Shown: in pieces, positions 40,219 through 51,200 of the stretch | Numbering within the stretch: the stretch's first letter is position 1 | Layout: each line of letters opens with the position of its first letter | NCBI RefSeq assembly: GCF_036321535.1 | Contig: NC_087436.1 | Span: 29,328,001-29,392,000, forward strand | Reading direction: 5' to 3' | Length of the DNA stretch: 64,000 nt | Origin: Camelus dromedarius | Taxonomy: Eukaryota | Program-made: the position numbers and the translations under genes | Notes under the pieces: model-generated | Databases searched by the model: none | Seen by the model: only the letters and a program-made list of their open reading frames with translations | What the model was told of the DNA's origin: nothing

Positions 40219-41124
40219 AGTAGCAAAAATTAGTAAAATGTTAATAACAAGTTAGGTGTGGTAGGTACATAGATGCATAGTTTATTATTTTTAATTTTTT
40301 CTATATTAATAAAAATGTAAATTAAATATCAAAAGTTAATTTCTTTGACTTATCTATATTTAGATAAGATCTGAAAAATTATCCCTGTGGTAGGTGCACG
40401 CACACACACACACACACACACATACACTCTCCCTCTCACAGGGGAGGATAAAAAAGTTCAATAGATATTAGAAAAAGTATAACTATCATTACAAAAACCT
40501 AGTAGAGGCGTATGTAACACTTTAGGAAATTGCTATGACAAGAGTTTGCATTAGTGAATACAAATAATTTAATTAGAAACATAAATATGAATCAAAATTG
40601 TTAGAGTACTTGCTCAGGAGTCATTTCCATGTAAATACTTTTTTATGAGTCAGCTTCACATGTCACTGTCAATTAGAGCTGCATTGTCATGATTATTTAA
40701 ACCAATGGATCAAACAGAAAAGTTTAGAAATCATACAGATAATAGTATTTATGAAATTTTTATCCTGAGTATATCCTTATAATAATACCTTATAAAGCCT
40801 TTCCTCCCCACTCTTCCTTGCATTTCCACCTAAACACATTCACATATTTTTATGTGAAAGAAGAATAACAGAAGTTAAAAAACTTAACTGAAATTCTAGG
40901 TCTTGCATAACTGCTAAAGATAATGAAACCTCTAGAACATAGAAAGTGGTCCTAAGTAATTTTATGTAACTAAATGTATCCAGTGCCAAGGGGAGCATTA
41001 ACTGTAGGCTAGAGAACATCAACAGGTGGAATTGTGACATCTCAGCTCAGTCTGATTAAACATGGAAACACCCAGCAAAATTAGGAAAGGGGGAAACTGA
41101 AATCCAGTCAGAGAAGGCTCATGC

Positions 41125-41263
41125 TGCAGGTCACGTTCTCTGGGATGCAGAGTCTGAGATGAGATGGAGTTTAGTGTGTAGGGTAAATACTGAGGATAGC
41201 CCTTGAGAGAAATACTTCTGGAGGGGAGAGGGAGGGAGCAGGTCTGGGCACAGGAAAAGTTGG
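41125..41263 (-). mobile_element. ERVL LTR fragment
   Basis: 'gttctctgggatgcagagtctgagatg...ggagcaggtctgggcacaggaaaagttg'. Confidence 0.55.
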
Positions 41264-41784
41264 CATAATTTTCCCATTATATGGGAAGTATGTATTTGAA
41301 AATAAATACTTCTTACATACTTCAAGTGTATCTTCTCCTGCACTCTGCATTTCTTCTATATGAATTTACTTCAATTAGTCATCTTAATAGTTATCTTTCT
41401 GCTGGATTTTATGCTGGATTTCTCACTAGAGATCTCTCTCGTTCATGCTGTGTCACCGGTATTTTGGGCCTTGATGCGTAGTAGTACAATAGATTAACGT
41501 TGAACGAGCAGATGGAAGAATAAATAGATGAATAAGTAAGATAACTTACTAAAAAGAGATCGTTCTAATATCATGAGATCCAAAAGAAGTGATAAATGAT
41601 AAATAAGTCATTATTGGATCAATGATTATCTTCTGCACCATACTGTAAGATCAGTAAGGGCTAAGGAAAAAAATAAGGTTGGTATTTAACTTTTGGTCCT
41701 TATAACCTGTCTGTGTCTGGCAGTTGATTGGTAATTTATAAATATTTCTTGAATAAATGGATGAGTGAATAAATTAATAAACGA

Positions 41785-42330
41785 GTCAGGAGCTAAGACT
41801 GACACATAAGAACACAAACTTGGAATCTGGGAGCTGAACTGCAATGGCTAGTTTTTGCCAGAGGAGGGAAGCAAAGGGTAACAGAGCAGCTGGCTGGTTG
41901 AGCAGAAGGGACCCCTCAGAAAGCCTTCAAAAAAGGTCAGTTACCGCAGCGGCAAGTTGCAGACAACAATTAGAAGAAGGGTTTCTGTGACATGTACTGT
42001 GTAAGAGTCAAGAAGAAAGTCACTCCCAAAAGCCAAGTCAAGCCATTAGTCAAGACTAAAGGGCACTGTGTAAAACTGGAGAAGGAAGGCTAAACTATGA
42101 CATGCTGAGAAAAAGCCATGCATCAGACTATAAGACAAGGCAGAACAAGGCTTCAGAAATGCAGGCAGGTGGAAAATCTCTTCTGACAGTTCTCGCGTTG
42201 CTCTGTGAGTCTTTAAACCTCTTGGTCTGGTCTTGGGACTAAAACCTCTGCTTCTTAAAGTTGAAGGATTCCAGACCTATTCCTGGGGATCATTATCTAA
42301 CATAGAGTATATGGTGTGGGTCTTTCTAGC
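41785..42330 (-). mobile_element. Ancient LTR fragment (LTR78-like)
   Basis: 'ttctgtgacatgtactgtgtaagagtcaag...agccaagtcaag' recalled from the LTR78 consensus. Confidence 0.55.
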
Positions 42331-43429
42331 TGTTGAATACTGCGGGAAACAAGAATTAAAGAGCACCCCTTGATTATAGGTTCAGGAACTTATGCACAGA
42401 AAGGGGAGGTGGTGGTGAATGCTAGCCATCGAACCCAGTGATGAGGTTTTAGATTAGAAATCTGGAAAGATGGGCAGTTTTACCTAATGGTGCTTATCCC
42501 TCCTACTTCTTCTCAAATGGAATAAATGGAGCTCAGGATCTCCTGCAGATAAAATGACAACCGCGAACAAGGAAATGGGTGTATAGAAGATTTGTTTGAG
42601 TACAGACTTCCCCATAAACTTGGCTGTGCTTCCTAATTTAAATAGATGTCATTCTGACTTAATCGGTCTTTGACTCTAGGTTTCTTTTATTTCTAGAATT
42701 CTGATGTAAATTTCAAAATGAAGTTAAACCTTACTGTATGTAAATACACTCAACACATGACTGGGTTCATGCATGAATCGGAAAAATGATGCAGATTTAT
42801 GATGCTGGCTCCTTCCAAATCAAAGGACTTTTTTGTTTTTTGTTTTGGTTTGTTTGGTTTTGTTTTTGTTGTTTGTATTTGGGTTTTGTTTGTTTATTTT
42901 TAGAGAAGGAAGGGTTTACTAGTTGCAGCAAGTAAGGAGAACACTGGGGATCTTTCCCAAAGCAGTGTCTTCAAAGGAGATTATTTTTAATCAAGATCCA
43001 TAGTCAAAATTATTCCTGCTACCTCATCCCATTTCCCTAATTCTGGGATACTGAAACAAACAGATGAAACATTGAGCATTGAGTTCATCCTATTCACTAT
43101 GGATAATAATTTAAACTTTGAAATTCAAAATTCCTAAATTAGAATCCCAGCTTTGTTAATGATTAAGCTGACTCTGGATAAACCACATCGCCTTTTTTTT
43201 TTTTTTTTTTTTGCCAACATCTATTATCTTTTAATTGAACATTTAGAATAGGTCAAAAGTTCTTATACACAAGCTGTGGCAAGAACGACTACAATGAGGG
43301 CTGTGTTTGGACACAAGTTGTTTTTAAATTTTCCCTTTCATCTGTCCCATTGTGAGTGGGTTGGGCAAGTCTCACAGAGGAAAAGGAAGGGCTTGTGAGT
43401 ACTACTTGTAGCATTTTGTGCAAAAACAA

Positions 43430-43876
43430 TGCCATAGGTCCAATCATGTATCTAAAAAAAAATACTTTGAGTTCCTAACTCCCAGTACCTCTCAATGTGA
43501 ATTTCTTTGGGAATGGAATCATTGCAAGTGTAATTAGTTAGTATAAAATTTTACTGGAATAGGGTGGGATCTAATCCAGTATGACTGGTGCCCTTGTAGG
43601 AAGATGAAAATTCCATGTGAATACACAGGCACACAGGGAGAATACCATGTGACCACAGAGGCAGAGCTCAGAGTGACACTGATATAAGCCAAGGAATAAC
43701 AAGGATTAGTGGTGATCAGAAGCTAGGAAAATGCAAGAATCTCAGAGGAAGAATGGCCCTGTTGATACCTTGATTTTGCACTTAAAACGTTCAGAGTTGT
43801 GAGAGAATACAATTCTGTTGCTGGAAGCCACCCAGTTGGTGGTACTTTGTAAGCGCAGCTTTAGAAAACTAATGTG
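43430..43876 (+). mobile_element. MaLR solo LTR (MLT1B/C-like)
   Basis: 'ctaactcccagtacctc', 'aatccagtatgactggtgccctt', 'aagccacccagttggtggtactttgt...gaaaactaat'. Confidence 0.9.
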
Positions 43877-43879
43877 ACC

Positions 43880-44195
43880 AATACCCTAGAGAAAAGGGGA
43901 ATGGATAAGTGCAAAAATAAAGGGTAAAGAAATATGAAATAAAATTTCCCAAATGTAACAAAGGACATAAATTTAAAAATTCAAGAAGCTTAGTTAATCT
44001 AAAATGAAATTGAAAGCAGAAAAGAAGTAATTACAAAAATAAATGCAATCAAAGAGGTTAAAATTAAAGACAGAAAGGGTATCTTGAAAGCAGCAAGAAA
44101 AATATGACAGATTATATAGACAATAGCAATGATTCAGATGTCTGCTGACTTCTCATTAGGAACGGTAGAAATCAGATGATAATTCAACAATATCA
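43880..44195 (+). mobile_element. Old L1 ORF1 fragment
   Basis: Degenerate translation ...KDINLKIQEA...KDRKGILKAARK...IQMSADFS, matching L1 ORF1p. Confidence 0.8.
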
Positions 44196-44199
44196 GTGG

Positions 44200-45672
44200 A
44201 GTCCTTAAGAGGGGACTTCCTCAATGGCAGAGTAAAGATCTCAGTGGACCATCGCCTGGTAAAACGACAGTTTAACTGGTGAAAAGCATAAATATGGCAA
44301 CAATCATTTATAGTCCCTGGAAATTGTACTAAACATTTATTCATCCATTCAAAAAATCTTCTACTTTGTTAAGAACAATGAAAGTCTATGAAACTTGAAG
44401 CACAACTCAATTCTCATCATTCCCACTCCTTGGTCTGTGTTATAAAAGCTCTAACGTGGTTATTCTACTCATAGGCAGATGCGGCCAGAAACACAGTGCC
44501 TTCTCACCTTCAGTTCCTAGCCTGGGGTTATGACTTTACCCAAGCAGAGAGCTGCCGGCATTTCTTATGCCTCCCAGCCCCATGTTGTAGAAGCTCTATT
44601 TAGCCAGGCACTTCTCAGAGGACTGGGTGTCCTCACCCAGCCCTCAGTTATAGGATAGAAGCCTTACTCTAGGCAGTGCAGACCAAGAATACTGGTTTTT
44701 GAGAGTCCCACGTCTAGTTTGCTCGTATAGTGTAGGTTCTGTGCTGTCCCGACCAAGCCAAGGAGAAAATAATCTGCTTCCTTCCCCCAGTGCCCAATTG
44801 TGCAACGAGGGGATTGTCCAGAAAAAATTAGCCCTGCCCACCCACCAGCTCGGGTGCAGTGGTGCAAGGATTCTGCACAGGGAGAAAGTTGGGTGATAAG
44901 ATTGAAGCCTTTCCTAGCTCTGAGGAATCTGACTTTATTTGGAACCAAGCACAAAAAACTCCCCGTCTGAGGACAGTTTCAAAATCAGTAGAGATTTTGG
45001 TGGAGAGCAATTAAGAGGAAGCAGATACCTCCATGATTCAAGCCAAACAGCAGAGGAATCAGAAGTTAATAGAGAAGACTTGGGAAAGACAGAACCAAGA
45101 AGAGATCTCAGAAGAACACATTCAGCTATAAGGGTCAGGAAGAAAGTTAAGTGTACATGTGCTAAGCTGAACTGTACTGATGAGTGGGTATCAGAAGCAA
45201 TCAGAGCGAGGCATGGGACAGACCTGAAAGCATTCAGCAAGCCACCCATAGACACATCAATACGAGGCAGAAGCCTTACCTGCATGGGAACTTAAGCACA
45301 GTGTCAGAAACCGACTCATGCACTGACTAAGCGATAAGCTACTCTGACCCAGGGGCAGCTCCTGTAAAGCCAATTTCTGTAAACTCCTATAAATGAGATC
45401 ATACTCACCCTTGGCAATCTGGAAGACTCCGGGAATGTCCAAGACTATGTCTTCTCAGGATTGAGAGGAGAGGAAAAATACAAGCTACCAGTCCTTGTCT
45501 GAAAATGGGGCAAACACAGTTCCTTGAAATGTAATAATAGCCCCTAAGCCAAACACACTTCCAATGGTAGAGGGTAAAGATCTAACTCGTTAAGGAAGGT
45601 TAGGTACAACTTTTGACTAATAAATAGCCCATAATTACCCACGAGTGACTCCTAAGTAACAAAGCTAAAAAT
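44200..45672 (+). mobile_element. Old L1M (L1MC/MD-like) 5'UTR region
   Basis: Starts 'ggggacttcctcaatggcagagtaa' and has L1M 5'-end blocks (gtccctggaaattgt, aagaacaatgaaagtctatg); GC-richer than flanks. Confidence 0.65.
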
Positions 45673-45674
45673 AA

Positions 45675-46358
45675 AAAGGAAACAGCAGAGAACAAACAGG
45701 TGGTTGCCAGCCAGGTAAGGGGTCGGGGAGGAAAAACGTAGGCAAAGGAGATTAAGAAGTACAAACTTCCAGTTGCAAAATAAATTAGTGATGGGTATGA
45801 AATGTACAGTGCGGGGAATATAGTCAATAGCTCTGTAATATCTTTGTGTGGTGGCAGATGGTAACCAGACTTACCATGGTGATCGATCATTTTGAAATGT
45901 ATAGAAATGTCCCATCATTATGTTATGGAACAGGAACTCACGTAGTGTTGTAGGTCACTCATACTTCAAAAACAAACAGATAAACTCATCAAAAAAAGAT
46001 CAGATTTGTCCTTCCCAGAACCAGGGAGTGGGGAAAAGAGGTACTGAATGAAGGTAGTCAAAAGATACAGACTTCCAATTACAAGATAAATAAACACTAG
46101 GGATGTAATGTCCAACATGATAAAGATGATTAACACTGCTGTGTGTTATATATGAAAATTGTTAAGAGCGTGAATCCTAAGGGTTCTTGTCACAAGGAAA
46201 AATGATTTATTTTAACGTCTTAATTTTGTATCTATATGAGATGATGGATGTTCAGTAAATATTGTGATAATATTTCATGATGTATGTAAGTCAGATCATT
46301 GTGCTTAAACTTGTATAGTGCGGTATGTTAATTATATCTCAATAAAACTGGAAGAAAA
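45675..46358 (+). mobile_element. Laurasiatherian-type L1 3'UTR with two tandem modules
   Basis: Two related units (gtacaaacttccagttgcaaaataaat / atacagacttccaattacaagataaat), ending 'aattatatctcaataaaactggaagaaaaa'. Confidence 0.85.
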
Positions 46359-47695
46359 ATCACTAGGAGCATCAGAATTATACAAAAACCCCAAGCTGAA
46401 CGACCACATCTGCAAGGGAAGGTATATACTTTATAATGCACATTTTAAAAATCTGATGTATTTCACAGATTCAGAAAGTGCAGACTGTACAAAACTTTCA
46501 GGGTATGATTCACATCTGTAATTAAGCAGAGTTGGTAGCGATGATTCTTTCAGAGGACAGAGGCTTCAAATAAAGAAACTTACTAAGGCAAGAGAGCCAG
46601 AAGGGGTTTACTTAACTTCTTCATTGAATTGGAGAAAGGTTCCAAAGACCCCAGGGCTAATTGATCTACAAATAATTGAAGAGTTCCTTCAACAGGGGCA
46701 TTAAACAAATATACTCTGCTCTGATTATTGCTCACGGTATCACTCAATATAATTAACAATGGTTATAAAATAGTAATAATGCAATCCTGCAAATAATGGG
46801 ACCTGTAGGAAAGAAAGTTCTGACTAACGATGACCTGAAATGAAATACATGGGGCAAGACTGGCTGGTCTGGGGAAAAGGAGATATACAAGGAATAGTGA
46901 CGGAGCAGAGCTTACGTGTTTGTTCACTTAGGAAGAAATGTCAGCTTGATGAGGATGTTTTTCTGTGGAAATTAATTTCATTTGTGGGAAATTTTGAGGA
47001 AAAGAACATTGTAGAGTTTGATGCCTTACTAGGTAGTCTCCAACTCACAGTTCATACCTGAAGCACGAAAAGGTGTGACAGTTTAAACAACTGCCTTCAT
47101 GGGGCCATTCTCAAATCTGACTTAGTAGGTATAGCAGTAAATCGAAGACATGAAAATCCTGCACTATTTTCACAGGTGTTGTTCAGACGACTAGTAGGAA
47201 TCCACTTTTGGCATGTTGGGAATTTATGATGTCAAGTTAGTGAACTTTGAAAGTGGTACATTGGTGAGGATCTGAGCTTTACAGTCAGGAGGCAGAGACA
47301 CAACATTAAGTATAAAGATGTGGGAGAGTGGGGAATATCACGCACTCTAAAATTAAAATCTTTATTGGAGCAGTTCTAGGAGACGACGATATCTGTGACA
47401 CAGCTATCAAGAAAGACGAAGGAACATGACCTGGAGGAAGTTCTCCTGTATTTGGGAAATTGCAGAACTTTGGGATCAATGAGTCAGGAGGTCATGAATT
47501 TCCATGTTAGAGGTGATGGCGTTGTAACACGGAAAAGCACTTACCTATTTCTACATTCGGAAAGCAAACAAACGTGTTTGCACATACAAATTCACACAAA
47601 TCTGTCTCAGAGACTGAAAGCTCATTAGACTTTTGAAGAAAATTGGATTTAGAAGTTAGTACAGGTTTGTATTCAGGTAAATTATTCAAGTAGAA

Positions 47696-47880
47696 ACCGG
47701 AAGTGTATTAAGAACTATGGTGAGAATGTCATAAACAGAGTGGGAAATAGTGGGTTTTGTTTCCAGATCTCAAATGAGAAATTCCTAAATCTGTAGCAAC
47801 AAATTAACCTGTCATCAGGAGCGGCTGCAGGGAGCGTGTGTTGGTGGACCGTCGGCAGGCGTGCGGCACACAGCTGCAAC
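47696..47880. promoter_or_regulatory. ETS site with small CpG-retaining patch
   Basis: Perfect ACCGGAAGTG at 47696-47705; six CpGs in ~47822-47865; CAGCTG E-box nearby. Confidence 0.4.
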
Positions 47881-49511
47881 AGAATACAATTCTGATTGTC
47901 CAGACTTGGATAGCCCATAATTTCCCTCTTTTTCTGTACAACTTTGAATAGGTTAATGGCATCCCCGTGACATAAGTACTGGCTGGGAAACTTAAAGGAA
48001 CGTTTTCTCGTCTCCTATACTTAGGTTTTTGTTCAAAGAGTCATTCTTTGCTTAAAGATACTACTTCTAATAGCCAGTTGTCTAACTTTTCTCGCTGTCT
48101 TTTTTACTACACCTGACTTTTCTCTGTAGTTGCAGTGCATAGAGCGGTCTGCTCACATCCAAAGAAAACATTACAGTTCTGTTTCTGACATCTTGTCTAT
48201 TTATAATTTTTTGCAGCTATCTTAACCTTATTGTTGGATAAGTCCATCAACTGATGACTGGGAAGCCTAAACCCTCAGCCTCTTGTTTTGACTTTTACAT
48301 TAAAAATAAATCCCAATCTCTCCTAACCAAATTTATTAATGGGAAGACATGGCTGTCATTTTCATCTTAACCTGTCATTTTCTATTTGGCATTAGCATGT
48401 ATTAGTATTTTTATTCCCTGCAGAAGTTAATTGCTAATATCTTTAAACCTTTTCTCCTTTATAGATAAATCCAAGTTTTTAGGAGAATTCCCTTCTTCAC
48501 CCAAGTGCTCAGCGATCCAAATCAATAGAGTTAGTTAAGAAGGAGACTGGATTTCCCCAGTATTCTGGAAGATAGATACAGATCTTCTTTTCCCACGTGT
48601 GTTTGTTGTGAAATGCTGTCTACCCTTTCCCTCTGCTCTTGGCTCAACACGTCAGTTCTCTCAATTTAGGAATACTGTAGATCTTTAAGTAAAGGTAACT
48701 TTACTTTGCATTAATAAATTTTTCTAGAACAAAGATATCAAGCTATTTTATAAGCTGTGAAATTTTATTTGGGGTTTAGAAATTTATAGAATATTTCTCT
48801 TTGTTTCATATATGAGTTTATGTAGTTAATCTCACAAGAGGGTTTGCCTTATTGCTGTAGGCATTAAAACATTGTTACTTCAGCTATTTCCTCCATGTAA
48901 GTGACAACACTGGCTGTAACAGATGGCACTTTTTGCTGTCTATATAGCACTATGCAATGAATAAACATATTTTTAGTTTAAGAAATGCATTATATGACAT
49001 TTTCCCCATTTTTCAACTAAATAAGAGAAACAATATAAATGAACAAAAGTGTGTAAATGACATCCAGTATTATGAAAAGTTGAGAAATAACACAGCTAAC
49101 TCAGTAGTCTGGATGTTCTTTTCTCAGTGCAAATAAAACTTATTCAAAAGATGAAGGCTAAGACTTAAATATCATGAGATGTGAGATACTATTATATGAA
49201 CAATAGTCTGTTAGGAAATGCTGTCTTTTTTGTGTGTTAGAGAAGTAAGTGATAGCTGAACTGTGCTCCAATTGTGATTCTTTGGTGGTTGCATTTGTTT
49301 TATATTTAAGATTATGGTCTGTTGATGATAATAGAAACTTAGCAGATTTATTTCTGGCCTCTATTATCAGAGAGTATTTTTCTCATAAAATGTAATTTTC
49401 CAAAAAAAATAAGTGTTTGTGAGGTAAAAAAAATAAACAAACACCCTCCCCTACTTTCTCCCAATTTGCCTTTTGGGGAGATATGGAAGGAAGGAAGAAG
49501 GAGGAGGAAAA

Positions 49512-49529
49512 GGGGGGGTGGGGTGGGGG
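49512..49529 (+). other. Potential G-quadruplex
   Basis: G7-T-G4-T-G5 can provide four G3 runs with short loops. Confidence 0.55.
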
Positions 49530-49574
49530 TAGGCGGTGTGGCGATTCATTTGTTCTTGTAGTTCCAGGTATCTT

Positions 49575-49588
49575 CCACCAGGTGGCAG
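49575..49588 (+). promoter_or_regulatory. CTCF core motif
   Basis: CCACCAGGTGGCAG matches the CTCF core consensus, in non-repeat context. Confidence 0.65.
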
Positions 49589-50064
49589 ATTTCACAGGCA
49601 TCCTCATAATACTTTTCATTTATAGTCTGTCGAAAATAACTCAACCAGAAAGTGTATAGAAAAGAAGCTTATAAATGATTTATTTGACAATTACTGTAAA
49701 GTGTAGGCAAAATTGCTAAATTAACTTTCCTTTTTCTTTTCTTTTTCTCTCTAACGTGCAGCGTGGCGGTCAACTCTTTAAAATAAAACACTAAAAGTGT
49801 CATTTGGCTACTTCCCCACCCCTCACCCCCAAATTCTGATGCAGTAGAATTTTGTTTCATTTTTCTTATATATTTAAAACAGTGATATAATATTTTAGCC
49901 TAATAACATAAAATTTATTTACTTATGTATCTACAAGGCAGGCACACGAATTTCTGAAAGTCTGTTCTAAATCACATCGAATGTAACAAGATTCTATTGA
50001 GACAGAAACATATTTAACTATTCATGAGCATAATACAAATTAGGTGCATTTTATTAAATTACAT

Positions 50065-50800
50065 TCTTTAAAAAATTGAGGTGTCTGACCACACTGCCTT
50101 ATCCTTGTGTACTCCAGAGACAACCATTTTCATGACTGTGGTTATTATTCCTATGAATTTCCTTATATTTTTCCACGAACTTCTATCCCTAAGCAATATA
50201 TTGCTTAGTTTTTCATATTGTTCATTTATTTTAATGTAAACCTCCTGCACCCTCTTTTTCTCTCAGTATTGAGTTCCTGAACTTCCGGTATATACTGCCA
50301 CAGTTGATTCCTTTATATCAACATAGAAAACTGTGTGAATATTTATCCATTTTCCTTTTGATGGGCACTTGCATTGTTTCTAGTTTCTTGTTTAATAAAA
50401 ACAAAGCTTCTGTGAACATCTTCATATATGTCCCTTGGTGCACATGCACACATTTTTAAGTCATAAGACATGTATTTCTTCAGTTCTATGAGATAAAAAC
50501 AAATTATTTCCCAAGGTAGTTGTAAAGATTTATGCACATGTTAGCAGTTTATCACCATTTGCTTCCTGTCTGACTAATACATGTTATCAGATTTTTAATT
50601 GTTATAGACCTAATGGTTTTAATTATGGAACAAGATTGCTCATAAGATACAGCTTCTTTTATTCTCCCAATCTTCTTATCAATTTCTATCAGTGGGTTAT
50701 TTATTTTTATCTATTTAATTTTTATGTATACCAAATATTAATACTTACGTTAATTATATGCGTTTGAAATTTCTTCTTCCAGTTTCTGCCCTTTCCCCTG
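50065..50800 (-). mobile_element. L1ME-like ORF2 end/3'UTR fragment
   Basis: 'tttatccattt...tgatgggcacttgcattgtttctagttt...tgtgaacatcttcatatatgtcccttggtgcacatg'. Confidence 0.8.
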
Positions 50801-50819
50801 CTTTCTTTCTGGATATGAC

Positions 50820-51200
50820 ATAAGCATTATCCAGGGAACAGCTCTAGGGTAGCATATCTTGGATTACCTGGCAAAGAGCTGGCTGGAATGGGCAGCCCTA
50901 CCTTCAGCCCAGCAGAAGAGTCTGCACTAGACTGAAGGCACCAGACTGAAGACTCCGTCTGACAGCAGAGGGGGCTGCACCTCTCCCCTGATGCACTCCT
51001 TTCTCACAGTTGACTTGATCCTGTAAAAATGGATCACTCAGCTTAGATTGCCTGTGTTCAAGCATCTGTTTGATACCCCACACTCCCACAGTCACCCTTA
51101 GAAGGAGAACACTTTTGGAGCAAGGTTTATGGGGAGAGGCTACGACAGCAGAGGGCTTCCAGCTCCATTCATTCACACTCAATCTCAAGTCTACGCACAT
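50820..51200. mobile_element. ERVL LTR-like fragment with CTCF-like site
   Basis: GC-richer LTR-like block; acagcagagggggc at 50962-50975. Confidence 0.4.

Larger units (their letters stand above)
39800..40330 (+). mobile_element. Old L1M 3'UTR fragment interrupted by (CA)n and a MITE
   Basis: 'gaagcacttaagggtgaaaagtcatgatgtctacaatttacttt' and 'agtaaaatgttaataa...taggtacatagatg'. Confidence 0.65.

Noticed and set aside
47545..47565. FPNVEI resembling the hAT dimerisation motif
   Set aside because: The expected continuation (ALRI..TLP) is absent and there is no other hAT signal nearby.
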